Shown: positions 36,770 through 49,922 of the stretch, one piece after another
Layout: each line of letters begins with the position of its first letter
How positions within the stretch are numbered: the stretch's first letter is position 1
From: Chiloscyllium plagiosum
Lineage: Eukaryota
NCBI RefSeq assembly: GCF_004010195.1
Contig: NC_057754.1
Span: forward strand, 4,239,937-4,303,936
DNA: 64,000 nt
Reading direction: 5' to 3'
The notes under the pieces: generated by a model
Told to the model about the DNA's origin: nothing
The model's database searches: none
What the model saw: the letters and a program-made list of their open reading frames with translations, nothing else
Position numbers and translations under genes: made by a program

Positions 36770-37290
36770 TGGGACTGAGGGAGCACCACGCTGCTGGAGG
36801 GTCAGTGCTTAGGGAGCATCACACTGTCGGAGGCTCAGTGCTGAGGGAGCACCACACTGTCGGAGGGTTAGTGCTGAGGGAGCACCACACTGTCGGACAG
36901 TCTGTTCTGAGGGAGCGCCGCACTGTTGGAGGCTCAGTGCTGAGGGAGCGCCGCATTGTGGGAGGGTCAGTGCTGAGGGAGCGCCACGCTGTCGGAGGGT
37001 CAGCGCTGAGGGAGTGTCACACTGTCGGAGGGCTAGCGCTGAGGGAGTGCGGCACTGTCAGAGGGTTGGCGCTGAGGGAGCACTGCACTGTGGGAGGGTG
37101 AGTACTGAGGGAGTGGGCACTGTCAGAGGGTCAGCGCTGATGGAGCGGACACTGTTGGAAGTGAGCGCCGAGGGAGTGCTGCACTGTGGGAGGGTCAGCA
37201 CTGAGGGAGTGCTGCACTGTCAGAGGGACAATGCTGAGGGAGTGTCACACTGTTGGAGGGTCGGCGCTGAGGGAATAGGCACTGTTGGAG
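36770..37290. repeat. 33-bp GC-rich minisatellite, about 15 copies
   Basis: Unit gtgctgagggagcgccgcactgtcggagggtca; yields an 11-aa periodic ORF. Confidence 0.93.
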
Positions 37291-37914
37291 CTGATAGTGG
37301 GACATCACCACAAAGAAAAAATCTCTTTGTGTGTCTTGCCTAGAATCTTGAGCCAGAGTCTCCTGGGCCCTGCATTGTGAGTTAATGGGAAAGGATTTTC
37401 CGATGTCTACCTCTCCTGAACTTCATGTTATGTTAGGCCTGGTGAAGGCCTTCCTCCTTTGGCCATGTTGGATTGGAACAATTGGCCCGACCTGGATGTG
37501 TTTTCTTAGGTCCACTGCTGCATTGCCTCTGAGCCCTAATCACTTCCAACGCTCGTATCAAATTGCTATGGCAACCCGGTTACTGGTTAGCTTTGGAATT
37601 CACCCCATGGCGATATGCAACCTCCCCACCCTCACGTTTGCCAGCTCTGTGCATGTGCCAATTGGAAGAGGTCTGTGGGTCCACATTGAACAAACCTATT
37701 CAACCCTCTCAATGCAATTGCTGCTCTCCTACTCCTTTCCTCCATCGGGTACAGTTCCACAGGTCTCCATTCCCCACTCTGATATCCTTTCATAGCTTTG
37801 AACTAAACTGGGCATTTTCCAACAACACCTGTAAATGGGATGTTGTTGGACCACGCTCGGAACACTATTCACAGTCCTGACAGTCATCTCTTCCAATAAA
37901 ATATATCTTCTCTT

Positions 37915-38175
37915 TCCTGTGTGTCTACGTGTGTTTTTGTGTGTGTGTCTGTGTGTGTGTCTATGTGTATGTATGTTTGTGTGTGTTTCTGTATGTGTGT
38001 GTGTGCCGGTGTCCCTGTGTGTCTACATATGTCTGTGATGTTTCTGTGTATGTCTGTGTATCTGTGTGTATGTCTGTGAGCCTCTGTGTGCATGTGTATC
38101 TGAGTGTGCGTGTGTGTATATCTTTGAGTCTGTGTGTCTGTGTCTTTGTGTGTGTGTGAGTCAATGTGTGCGTCT
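37915..38175. repeat. Degenerate (GT)n microsatellite
   Basis: Direct inspection. Confidence 0.9.
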
Positions 38176-39749
38176 GTCCAAACCCAACTTTAACAAAAAT
38201 AATAGAGTTAAATAAAAGGAAAGTCAATCAACCAAGCTCAGGGAAACGAGATGTCAAGACTATTGTTACAGATTGAGGATAATAACTCCACCAGCTTTGA
38301 TTTGGTGAGGCCTCCAGGAAAGGCCTATCCCCAGGAAGTAAAGATTTTATCTCCTGCTGTTGGCTTTATAGAGTATAGAGTCAAGCTGCACGGAAACAGG
38401 CCCTTTGGTCCAACTCTTCCATGGCCAGCCCTCTCCTCACTGAGCATCTGTCACCCGCTCACAGAGGGATGATTAAACATTGATGAGGAATCAGGGTTGA
38501 CATCTCTCCCTCACTTCCAAGCTCTGGGACTCTGGTCAGCTCAAATGTCAAGGCCTCTCATTCAGGAGGCCAGGGCTGACCCTAAACTGAGATTGCTACA
38601 CTCTGTCTTGAACGGCAAAACGGTTTCCCTATCCCACAAGCGGGGGAGACTTCAGGGAAAAGCACGGGGGGCCACAGGAAGAGGGAAAGTCACATTTGGA
38701 CTCAGTACCCCCAGGCTGGAGAAATCAAACGGGGGTATTCTGCCCAAAGTAGACCCCCCTATCTCTCTATCTTGGATGCAGTGCTCCCTGCTGCAAGTTG
38801 CCAAGGCTGTGCGGCCTAGCGAATCGAATGACCCTTTGGCCCACGCTGGATGGGAGGGAGCGGGGAGCCGCTGGCGAGAAGACTCCAGGTCGGGAAGCAA
38901 AAGGCAACAGGATCACCGCTGACAGCGGGGAAAGGTTAACCTGATCCAGCCACACACGCCTGTCTCTCAAGCCCGCTACGCCATCGATCTGGGCCACACC
39001 CAGTCAGGCTCAACATCACTGGAAAACAAACTTAACGGCTTAAATATCTCTCTCTCTCTCCCCCTTTTCATTCTTACGCAGCCCTAATGACTTGGCTCTG
39101 CTCGGTTCGAACACTGTGAGAAAACAATTTCTCCTTTCCTGACAACGACTCAAAGGGCCTTTTGTCTGGGCTGCAGGCAGCTGCTTTCCAACACTTTCCA
39201 ACTGTTTCCAACGTTGTTGTCTCTCTCTCTCTCGCCTCCTCCCACACCGAGCCCCCTCTGTCCCCCTTCCTGCCCCTGAGAGAGGCAAAGACCTCTCACT
39301 TGTTGGTGCTCCAAATGGCCTGGTTCCATCAGCGAGTTATCTCCAAGGGAGGGTAAATGCTGGGTTAAGCATTGAGTAGCGGGGGGTATGAGGACAGGGC
39401 ACAGCTCCTGCCCTTGCCTAACCCCCCCACAGGGGTGCAGATTATGGCGGGGTGGGCTCAGGTATCCCGCACATCTCAGGAGCATCAATCTGGGACCTGG
39501 ACAGACTGGTGCCCCTCTCTGCACGCAATGCACTTCCAGAGGAACGGTGGGGAGATTGCTGCGCAGTCTTAATTTTTTTCCCTCCCTGTTGTCTCCGAGT
39601 TTGGCATGGATTCTGCAGACTTTGTACTGAAGGAATCTGTCGAATTTATTTAATTGTTGTTCTTGGCAAAGGGCCTTGATATTTCATGGCGAGCAAACCG
39701 TCCAGGAATTTTTAACCATCACACTCCCCGAGACACTCTATGCGGAGCA

Positions 39750-41405
39750 GTGTAACACTCTCTGATACACCGCACACCCCTCACCGTAATACTCTGATAT
39801 ACCCCACACCCCTCACAATACAGTCTCTGATATACCCCACATCCCTCACTGTAAAACTCTCTGATATATCCCCAACCCCTCACTGTAACACTCTCTGATA
39901 TATCCCCAACCCCTNNNNNNNNNNNNNNNNNNNNNNNNNNNNNNNNNNNNNNNNNNNNNNNNNNNNNNNNNNNNNNNNNNNNNNNNNNNNNNNNNNNNNN
40001 NNNNNNNNNNNNNNNNNNNNNNNNNNNNNNNNNNNNNNNNNNNNNNNNNNNNNNNNNNNNNNNNNNNNNNNNNNNNNNNNNNNNNNNNNNNNNNNNNNNN
40101 NNNNNNNNNNNNNNNNNNNNNNNNNNNNNNNNNNNNNNNNNNNNNNNNNNNNNNNNNNNNNNNNNNNNNNNNNNNNNNNNNNNNNNNNNNNNNNNNNNNN
40201 NNNNNNNNNNNNNNNNNNNNNNNNNNNNNNNNNNNNNNNNNNNNNNNNNNNNNNNNNNNNNNNNNNNNNNNNNNNNNNNNNNNNNNNNNNNNNNNNNNNN
40301 NNNNNNNNNNNNNNNNNNNNNNNNNNNNNNNNNNNNNNNNNNNNNNNNNNNNNNNNNNNNNNNNNNNNNNNNNNNNNNNNNNNNTACCCCGCACCCCTCA
40401 CTGTAACACTCTGATATACCCACAACCCTCACTGTAACACTCTCTGATATACCCACTTCCCTCAGTGTAACACTCTCTGATATACCCCGCCTCCCTCACT
40501 GTAACACTCTCTGATATACCCCACACCCCTCACTGAAACACTCTCTGATATACCCCGCACCGCTCACAATACAGTCTCTGATATACCCCACACTGTAACA
40601 TTCTCTGATATACCCCGCACCACTCACTGTAACACTCTCTAATATATCCCAAATCCCCTCACTGTAAAACTGTCTGATATACCCCACACCTATCACTGTA
40701 ACACTCTCAGATATACCCCACACCCCTCACTGTAACACTCTGATATATCACACACCCCTCACTGTAACACTCTCTGATAAACTCCGCACCCCTCAATGTA
40801 ACACTCTCTGATATACCCCACACCCCTCACTGTAACACTCTCTGATATACCACACATCCCTCACTGTAACACTCTGATATACCACACACCACACACTGTA
40901 ACACTCTGATATACCCACAACCCTCACTGTAACACTCTCTGATATACCCACATCCCTCAGTGTAACACTCTCTGATATACCCCACATCCCTCACTGTAAC
41001 ACTCTGATATACCCCGCACGCCTCACTGTAACACTCTCTGATATACAACGCACCCCTCACTGTAACACTCTCTGATATATCCCTCACCCCTCATTGTAGC
41101 ACTCTCTGATATACCCCAAATCCCTCACTGTCACACTCTGAGAAACCCCACACCCCTCACTGTAACACTCTCTGATATACCCCGCACACCCCTCACTGTA
41201 GCACTCTCTGATAGACCCCACACCCCTCACTGTAACATTCTCTGATATACCACACACCCCTTCTCAGATATACCCCACACCCCTCACTGTAACACTCTCT
41301 GATATACCCTGCACCCCTCTCTTTAACACACTCTGATAAACCCCACACCCCTCACCGTAACACTCTCAGATATACCCCACACCCCTCACTGTAACACTCT
41401 CTGAA
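39750..41405. repeat. ~34-bp satellite array spanning an assembly gap (N 39915-40384)
   Basis: Same monomer as 30181-30540. Confidence 0.95.
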
Positions 41406-42584
41406 AGTGAACCTGAGTGTTCTATAAAAGAGGTGGCGATTGTGACAGGTGGGACAGGTTGGCACCAGGGTAGGTACTGATGCCTCGGGAGGGAACATGA
41501 AGATGACACGATGACCAGAAGTGATGATAAGTCAGCAGAGGCAGTTCACAGGGGGAACACGATAACCATAATAATGGAGCTACTGAGACACTGCTCATGT
41601 CATCAGTTAGTGGCATAGCTATTGTACATGAAGCTTGGTTGTCAAGTCCTCGTCACCCACAGCCTGTGTCCTTCCATCAATTTTATTGAACGTCTTAACA
41701 ACGGCGAGTAAAACTGGTGGAGGCCCCAGCTGGTTCGAGAAACCTGGCTGTGTTTTCGCTCATTGCTCGGACACAGTGTACATCAGGTACTCAGAGAAAG
41801 GAATGCCTTTTCACAGAGGAGCCACAGGAATGTGTTTGGCATCCGGGCTAACCCAAGGATGCCAGGAACCAGCACGTGGTAAAAGGCTAAGGCATTCCTG
41901 TGGGCGCCCGTGCACAGTTTCCCCTCAGGATCGTGATGTTGCATGTCACCATCGGCCAAGCCAGAATGGTCAAACACTGGCATTTCACAGCTCACCCCTC
42001 AATGAATGGATTTACCTCTCTCTCTCTCTCTGTCTCTCTCTCCTCCTCTGTCGTTCCCAAGCCCCATCCAATTCCTTCTCATTCCACAGAATCCCAGAAC
42101 GATCCATTTCTACTGTGCAGCCAACCTGGACAAAACTGCTGCACCCATCAAAATACGATGGGGGTGACCTCAGTGAAGACTTCCCCTCCCCTTACAGCAG
42201 CCAACCCACTCAAAGCACCGTGGTTAATGTTTTCGAGACCAACGTTCGGCAAATTCTCACATATTTATAGGGGTCCACAGCACAGGATAAGGCCCTTCAG
42301 CCCATCAAGTCTACCCCAGTCAAAGACAACCACCTCACTTTTCTAAACCTGGAACTCCCTCCCCAGTGGCATCATGGGTCAACCCAGAGCAGGTGGACTG
42401 CAGCGGTTCAAGGAGGCAGCTTACCCCCACCTTCTCAAGGGGACAACCATGGACGGGCAATAAATGCTGGCCCAGCCAGCGACACCCAAATCCCACAAAA
42501 GGTTAAATCTTTTAAAAATTTCCCAGCACTTGGCTCATAGCCTTGGCTTCACAAATTATCACCTAAATCTCTCTTCAATGTATA

Positions 42585-43060
42585 TGAATAGAAAGGGTTT
42601 AGAGGGATACAGGCCAAGTGCTGGCAAATGGGACTAGATTAATTTAGGATATCTGGTCAGCTTGGACGAGTTGAAACGAAGGGTCTGTTTCCATGCTGTA
42701 CATCTCTATAGCTCCATGTAATGATGAGTTTCTGTCTCTCTCATCCTCACAGGCAATGAGTCTCTCTCATCCTCACAGGAACTTCAAGACTAGGGAGCAT
42801 ATTTTCAAGGTGAGGGGAGAAACATTTAAAAAAGACATGAGGGGCAAATTCTTTATACAGAGAGTGGTTCGCGTGTGGAATGAATTTCCGGAGGAAGTGG
42901 TGGATGCGGTTACAATGTTTAAAAGACATTTGGATAAGGACATGAATAGGAAAGGGTTTGGAGGGATATGGGCCAGGGGGGACTAGATTAATTTAGGGTG
43001 TTTGGTCGGTATGGATGAATTGGACCGAAAGATCCACTTCCATGCTATACATCTCTATAA
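42585..43060 (+). mobile_element. Two CR1 3' ends
   Basis: FKVRGETFKKDMRGKFFIQRVVRVWNEFPEEVVD and two tails. Confidence 0.8.
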
Positions 43061-43624
43061 CTCTCACAATGTAAATGGGATTGTTGCATATTTATCAGGA
43101 GCCCTGAGAAATGGTACCTTCAAGCAGTTTATTAAACATGAAAGCTGCACTAACACCTGTCAGATGGGACAACTCTTGCTGCCTTCTGACGCGGATGCCA
43201 GACAATCCCATATCAAAGAAGAGAAAGGGGGTTCTCCAGGGTGCCCTGCAGCCAAGATGGATCTGTCTGACCCAAGATCAGGCAAGTAGGAACATCCGTC
43301 CATTAGTTCCACTTCTGGGTTCTTGCTGTGCACCGTGGTGCTTCTTACAATATGACAGCGGTAGCACTTTCAAGACTCCTTCTCTCAAAAGCGCTTCGGG
43401 ATGTCCTTGGGTTCCAAATGGCGCTACATAAATGCAAATCTTGCTTTCCTTTATGGAATTGGCGGGGGGATTCACAACTTAGACAACCTTTGTATTCCTT
43501 CACCTGCATACCTGACCTGACACGCGGAAAATTCTCCAAATCGAATCGGTGGTTTCAGTTCAGCACAAGTTCCGCCTCCCCTCGCCTTCAAGGATCTCAG
43601 TGAGACAGGCCAGTTCTGTGACAG

Positions 43625-43744
43625 GAATGAAGGGCTCCTGCCTGAAACGTCGACTTTCCTGCCTCCCAGATGCTGACTGACCTGCTGTGCTTTTCCAGCA
43701 CCGCTCTAAACTTGTCTCTGATCTCTAGCATCTGCACTTTCGCT
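43625..43744 (+). mobile_element. Single-arm (5'-truncated) family A element
   Basis: atgaagggctcctgcctgaaacgtcgac...tctgatctctagcatctgca; 14-bp direct repeat cagttctgtgacag at 43611-24 and 43745-58. Confidence 0.82.
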
Positions 43745-44818
43745 CAGTTCTGTGACAGCCAAGGGGCACGTGTGGCTGGAGTTACTGCTCGCGTTTAATT
43801 GTCTGAAACCAGTACTCACTGCTAGTCAAGCTTGGGTAACAGAAGCCAAGATGTAAGGAGCCATGGCCTTTTGGGGATTACCCAAAGTAACGATGGCATT
43901 ACCAACAATTCCAGAGAGGGGTAGGCACTGCTAAGTCACACTAGTATGCCCTAGCTGCTTTACAGAAGACAAACATTTCTGACATTGAGTCACATAACAA
44001 GGAGTTGTTTAAAGGAAGAGAGAATTGGAGTTGGAGTTGGAATTAGCCTTTATTGTTTCGTGCACTCAAATGAGTGCAGTGAAAAGTTTGCAATGTCGCC
44101 TTTTGGTACCATCTTGGATACAGAGTACCTAGGTACAGGTAGTTCTCCTATAATGTTGTTCCCCTTGCTATGTCTTGTTATAGAAAATTGTGCAACAGAA
44201 GTAATGGGGCTTAAATGCCAGGCTGGTACAAGCGCAATTTCCCAGTGTCACTGTCGTATTCCTGGCTTCTTGTGGAGTGGAGTTTACACAGAATCTGCCT
44301 CTCTGCCATTAAACTCTGTGAAACTTCCAGAAGTTGGGCAGGAATGGCTAAAGGGATGGGATGCTCTGAATGGCCAGGAGTTCTGACGGGACTCGGGTTT
44401 CAGAGAGAATGAGGCTCTCAGATCCTCCCCCTGCCCTTCAAACGGAGACTGGGTGAACGTGGATCAGGCAGAACTTGGGGATGGACTGGAGTGGGGAGAG
44501 ATGAAGGGGCTGGACACGGCTGCATTTGCACCTTCTTTTGCTCCCTATCTCTCTCTCTCTCTTCCCGCTCCTATGCCTCCCAACTCTGTGCATGATCCCA
44601 ATAAGCATTCCAGCAAATATATTCCAATGTTCGCTTCCCCTACTTTAGTTGCAGACAGAAGCAATAAAAAAACAAATACACACACACAGACGGCAACCTA
44701 TTGCAATGGATAAGCCAGCAGAATAAATCTCATCTGGCTGGTAATACAGGGGATGGAATTGCACAACAGCAAACAGGACTTCACCTTATAATAAAAATGG
44801 TGAGCTAACATAACCAGG

Positions 44819-45030
44819 TTAAAAATCACATGACACCAGGTTATAGTCAAACCGGTTTAGTTGGAAGCACTAGCTTTCAGAGTGCTGCTCCTTCCTCAGG
44901 TGGTTGTGATGAAGGAGCGTCGCTCCGAAAGCTAGTGCTTCCAAGTAAACCTTCCAAGTTGGACTATAACCTGGTGTCGTGTGATTTGTAACTTTGGCCA
45001 CCCCAGTCCAACACTGACATCTCCGAATCA
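44819..45030 (+). mobile_element. Palindromic element family B with hammerhead-like cores on both strands
   Basis: Inverted arms centred near 44903; 13-bp direct repeat taacataaccagg at 44806-18 and 45031-43. Confidence 0.85.
44868..44902 (-). ncRNA. Putative minimal hammerhead ribozyme motif on the LTBP3 sense strand
   Basis: Minus strand reads CAC-CTGAGGA-A-GGAG cagca CTCT-GAAA-GC-TA-GTG. Confidence 0.5.
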
Positions 45031-45479
45031 TAACATAACCAGGAGATTTAGAGTATCCAAAAAAATGGGTGAGCAATTCACAAATCGCATTTACGAAATG
45101 CATGTTACAGGAGAACTACCCGTACAGATACTTTAAGCGTTTGTTACAGAATTGAAAGAGTGACAGAAGTAGCTTAGCACAGGAATGCAAAGTCTTAAAA
45201 AGTTGTCAAATTAAGGGCCTTTTCACTTGAGTCTGTGTCCACCATGTTTCAGGGGTGGGGGGTGCTTGGTGGGAGGTCTATGCTTGGAAGTGTACAGCCT
45301 CAGACCCTGGGCGGCTGAATGCATCGGAATAAGTGATGGAAACCGGAGAATGCTGAAGGGATTAACACTGGAACATACACTCAGTCAGATGCAAAATCTC
45401 AGGAGCAAACTGCAGGCGCTGCACCGAGCAAACCGGTTACCTCAGGAGCAGTGCATAGACTGTCCAATCCCAAAAGGCT

Positions 45480-46122
45480 GAGCTAGTTACAGCTTAGTAA
45501 CAGCGGCCCCAGTGCAGAGAGGGGATAGTCCACGCTGATGTCATAACCACTCCCCTCCCCCCCCAAACACCCACACACACATGCACGCACACACACACAT
45601 GCATGCATACACATATAGGTTTGTGGGGTGAATTTGTACTTGCAGAATTACATTTTACTTTGCTCAAAAACTGCATGAATCCATATAAGATTCTGTAAAT
45701 CCGTTTTTTAGATCAGAATCATCCTGACCATTGTGGCACGGACAGTCTCACACAGGGCAGCTCACACCTTCAATACATTATCTGGGCCAACATGACAGCA
45801 ATTGTTAAAGTTCACTTGAGAATGTAACTTTTACAAAAGTTTTACGATTTACATAGGAAAGAAGTGAAACCACATAGTCATTCTAAAAGATGAGAGACTT
45901 AACAAACAATCCTGGTCTTATTAAATATATCATTTCAGTTACATCACACTGTAAACCTTTGCTATAAATTCTGTGTCTTATGATCTTACTCTCCACAACC
46001 ACCTGACGAAGGAGCAGTGGTCCAAAAGTTAGTGTTTCCAAATAAACCTGTTGGACTATAACCTGGTGTTGTGAGATTTTTAACTCTGTACGCCCCAGTC
46101 CAACCCCGGCATCTCCAACTCA
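45480..46122 (+). mobile_element. Longer family B (Penelope-like terminal region) copy ending ~30 bp from the exon ~4 donor
   Basis: Ends with the family B arm (cacctgacgaaggagcag...ggactataacctggtgttgtgagatttttaac...ccccagtccaac); internal (CA)n. Confidence 0.65.
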
Positions 46123-46150
46123 TGATCTGATGGGACAGCAATGTACTCAC

Positions 46151-46253
46151 GGTGCTGGTGACGACACTTGTTGCAGTTACTGAACCCCCAGGACGCTCCC
46201 ACACTTCCACAACAATCTTCCTCTTTGGTCAGACCCGGCAGTGGCTTACTGCA
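46151..46253 (-). CDS. LTBP3: LTBP3 exon ~4, hybrid domain ([34 protein letters not shown])
   Basis: Acceptor cacacag|TGC, donor CAC C|gtgagt; 103 nt, phase 0-1. Confidence 0.94.
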
Positions 46254-47934
46254 CTGTGTGAATAAAGAACAAAACCACAGAAATGGATTGTTAAAGCACA
46301 CCGCTCCCCAGTGAGCAGACACCTTGGCGCGGAGCTTTCCATTTATAAATTATAAAACTACGAGGTGAAGGGTATTCTGATGGAAACCGTAGTCAAAGTG
46401 TAAAGTGACACTCTCACCTCTCCCCCGACACACAGCCACTCTCCCTCCCTGCACCCACTATCTCTTCACCGACCCCAACCCTTACCCCACACCCCACCCC
46501 ATATTGCCCTGTAGGGCCCAGGGATGTGCAGACTGGGTTAGACCAGCCGTGGGAAATGCAGGGTTCCAAGGAAGGGGGTGGGATCTGTTTGGAATGCTCT
46601 TCAGAGGGTCGGTGCGGAATGGATGGGCCAAACGGCTCACTTCCACAACATAGGGGATTCTATGGACAGTTCGGTTGCGGAGCCAGGTCTCCCAGCCTAG
46701 ACCTGCGCCATGCTCAGCATCCAAACCACCACTCCCCCACCCTACTCCGCCTCGCACCCGGTAACCCATTCCTGGATGTATCGCTACTTGGTAAGGCAAC
46801 GGTACCATTCAAGATCGGAGACGGTTACAGGGAGTGGTGAACTCGGCCCGGACAATCACAAAGGCCAACCTCCCATCTTCAGATTCCATCTACCAGGCCC
46901 ACTGTCAGGGAAAGGCCGCCAGCATTCTAAAAGATCCATCCCACCTGGCAATGTTTTTCTACCATTAGGGAGAAGGTACAGAAGCCTGAACACACACAAC
47001 AGCCAGTTTTGAAACAGTTTCTACCCTACTGTTGTTCGAATACTGAATGGACTCACAAACTCTTAACATTCGCCTATACTGATGTTTTTTGTTTTTGCTG
47101 CTGTTTATCTATTATTTACTATCTATGCTACTTAACTCTGTGATTTGCCTGTATTGTTCACTGTGCCTCGGTACACGTGACAATCAATTTAATTCAATTC
47201 AACTTGCATGAGGGGTGAGGCACCATTTGCCCGAGTGACGCTAAGCTGGCGAGGGGCAAAATCCATCCAGCTGGTCTTTTGTTTTTTGGCCGCAGGGCAT
47301 ACCAGCTTCACCAAGGCCCCACCTCACCCCAGACCAGGAGAGGGTCTTGCAACTGCACACGTTTGCTCACAAAATGTGGGCGCCGCTCGAATTCAGTTGC
47401 ATGCCCCTAATTGTACATGGGAAGGTGGTGGCCAGCTGCAGCCCTGAGCAGGAAGTGTGGTGGTTGGGAGGGGAGCAAAGAGCGCAGGGTGGGGAGTGCC
47501 ATTCAGGGGAGGGAGTCACAGAATTCAGACCCAGTGACAGCAAAGGTAAGGCCCTTACATATCCAAGTCAGGATGGTGTGTGGCTCAGAGGGGAGGTGGT
47601 GTTCCTGTATATCCGTTGCCCTTTGCCCCAAGAGGGGATTTTGCAGACCGAAGGTGAGCTATGGGATCCTGCTCCCTTTGAGTCGGGGTGGTATTTGTTA
47701 CAAGTCCAGACCCATAGTGTTCAAGTTAAGATATGAATTACGTTAAACTAAGGTGAAATGGAGTGAGTTGAATCTGAAGTTGTTGGATGAAATAAGAGGG
47801 AAATGTTGCAACAAATGAATGTTTTGCACTGAGGATTGGCACCCAGAGCGTAAAATAAAGAAGGGTTTGTTTGTTTAAATTCTGAGTTGACTCCCAGTCA
47901 CACTTGGGAAAAGGTTTGAGTGCTCCTTTTTGGA

Positions 47935-48360
47935 GTAGACACAGAACAGACCTTTCAGTCCATGCCACCGAGAGATCCTAAATTAATCCAGTCCCATTTG
48001 CCAGTATTTGCCCACATCCCTCTAAACCCTTCCTATTCATTTACCCATCCAGATGCCTTTTTAAAAGTTGTAATTGTACCAGTCTCCACCACTTCATTCC
48101 ATACACACACCACTCTCTGCATGAAAAAGTTGCCCCTCAGGTCCCTTTTAAATCGTTCCCCTCTCACCTTAAACCTATGCCCTCTGATTTTGGACTCCCT
48201 TACCCTGGGAAAATGACCTTGACAATTCACCCTGTGCCCCCCCATGATTTTATAAAGGTCACCCCTCAGCCTCTGATGCTTCTGGGAAAGTAGCCCAACT
48301 CTATTCAGTCTCTCCCTGTAGCTCAAACCCTCCAACATCCTTGTATATCTTTTCTGAACC
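47935..48360 (-). mobile_element. CR1 LINE 3' end
   Basis: Minus-strand LEGLSYRERLNR...FKVRGERFKRDLRGNFFMQRVV. Confidence 0.88.
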
Positions 48361-48834
48361 AAGATTTCCTTTATTTTTACACTCCATTCTCTTTGAAATA
48401 ACAGTCATCATTCCATTTGCCTTCTTTAATAACTACTGAACTTGCATGCTAACAGTTTTTTTTATTATTTATGCATGAGAGTCCCAAATTGTGGCTTTCT
48501 GCAGTCTTTCTCTGTTTTATGAAAATCCAGCTTTCCTGCTGTTCTTGCCAAAGTGCACAACCTCATAATTTTCCACACTGTATTCCATCTGCCCACTCGC
48601 TTCACTGGTCTAAATCCCACTGCAGGCTGTTTGTGTTATCCTCAGACCTTGTCCTCCCACCTATTTTGTAATCTCAGCAAGAGCACATTCACTTTTCTCA
48701 TCTGCATTCCCTCTTCCACCATCGTTTCAATGAATTAAAAATATCAGGAATCTGACACATAGCTCAGATGTTTAATGGGAAACTGGACAAGCACACAAAG
48801 CAGTAAGGAACAGAGAGATAAGTTCTTTTTCATG

Positions 48835-49922
48835 GGAGCCAGGGAGAGCTAGCCATTTGGATACAAGATTGGCTTGAAGGTAAGAGAGAGAGGGTGGTGG
48901 GGGAGGATTGCTTTTTGGACTGGAGGCCTGTGACCAGTGGTGTGCTGCAAAGATCAGTGATGGGGCCACTGCTTTTCGTCATTAATGTAAATCATTTGGA
49001 TGTGAATATAGGAGGCATGGTTAGTAAGTTTGCAGATGACACCAACATTGGAGGTGTAGTGGACAGCGAAGAAGGTTATCTCTGAATACAACAGGATCTT
49101 GGTCAGATGGGCCGAGGAGTGGCAGGTGGAGTTTAATTTACATAAATGTGAGGTGCTGCATTTTGGAAAGGTAAATCAGAGCAAGATTTATACACTTAAT
49201 GGTAAAGTCCTGGGGAGTGTTGCTGAACAAAAAGATCTTGGAGTGAAGGTTCATACTTCCTTGAAGGTGGAGTCACAGGTAAACAGGATAGCACAGAAGG
49301 TGTTTGGTGTACTTGCCTTTATTGGTCAGTGCACTGACTATAGGGGTTGGGAGATCATATTGTGGCTGGATAGGCCATTGGATAGGCCATTTTTGGAATA
49401 CTGCATTCAGTTCTGGTCTTCCTGCTGTCGGAAAGATGTTGTTAAACTTGTAAGGGTGCAGAAAAATATTTACAAGGATGCTGCCAGGGTTAGAGAGTTT
49501 GAGGTATGGGAAAAGGTTGGGACGATTTTCCCTGGAATGTCGGAGGCTGAGAGGTGACCTTTTGGTGGTTTATAAAATCCTGAGAGACATGGATTCGGTG
49601 AATAGATAAGGTCTTTTTCCCAGAGTAGGGGAGTCTAAGACTGGAGGGCATTGGATTAAGGCAAGAGAAAAGGGACCGGAGGGGCAACTTTTTCACGCAG
49701 AGGGTAGTGTGTGTATGAAATGAGCTGCCAGAGAAACTTGTGGAGGCCGGTACGATTATAACATTTAAAAGGCATCTGGATGGGTACATGAAAAGGAAAG
49801 GTTTAGAGGGATATGAGCCAAATGCTGGCAAATGCGACCAGATTAATTTAGGATATCTGGTCGGCACGGACGAGTTGGACTGAAGGGTCTCTTTCCATGC
49901 TGTAAAACTCTATGAATCTATA
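48835..49922 (+). mobile_element. CR1 LINE 3' ~1.1 kb, frameshifted
   Basis: VTSGVLQRSVMGPLLFVI...SKFADDT...WQVEFNLHKCEVLHFG and tail. Confidence 0.92.

Larger units (their letters stand above)
44136..45122. mobile_element. Non-autonomous Tc1/mariner-type DNA transposon
   Basis: TIRs CAGGTAGTTCTCCTATAA and TTACAGGAGAACTACCCG, flanked by TA at 44134-35 and 45123-24. Confidence 0.8.

Noticed and set aside
39719..40456. ORFs spanning N runs
   Set aside because: Artefacts of the assembly gap and satellite.
41635..42346. 211-aa and 148-aa plus-strand ORFs
   Set aside because: No recognisable domain, non-ATG starts, and they run through a (CT)n tract; likely chance.
46002..46035. Hammerhead core in the long family B copy
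   Set aside because: GAAA is mutated to AAAA and stems II/III are mismatched; counted as a decayed relic only.
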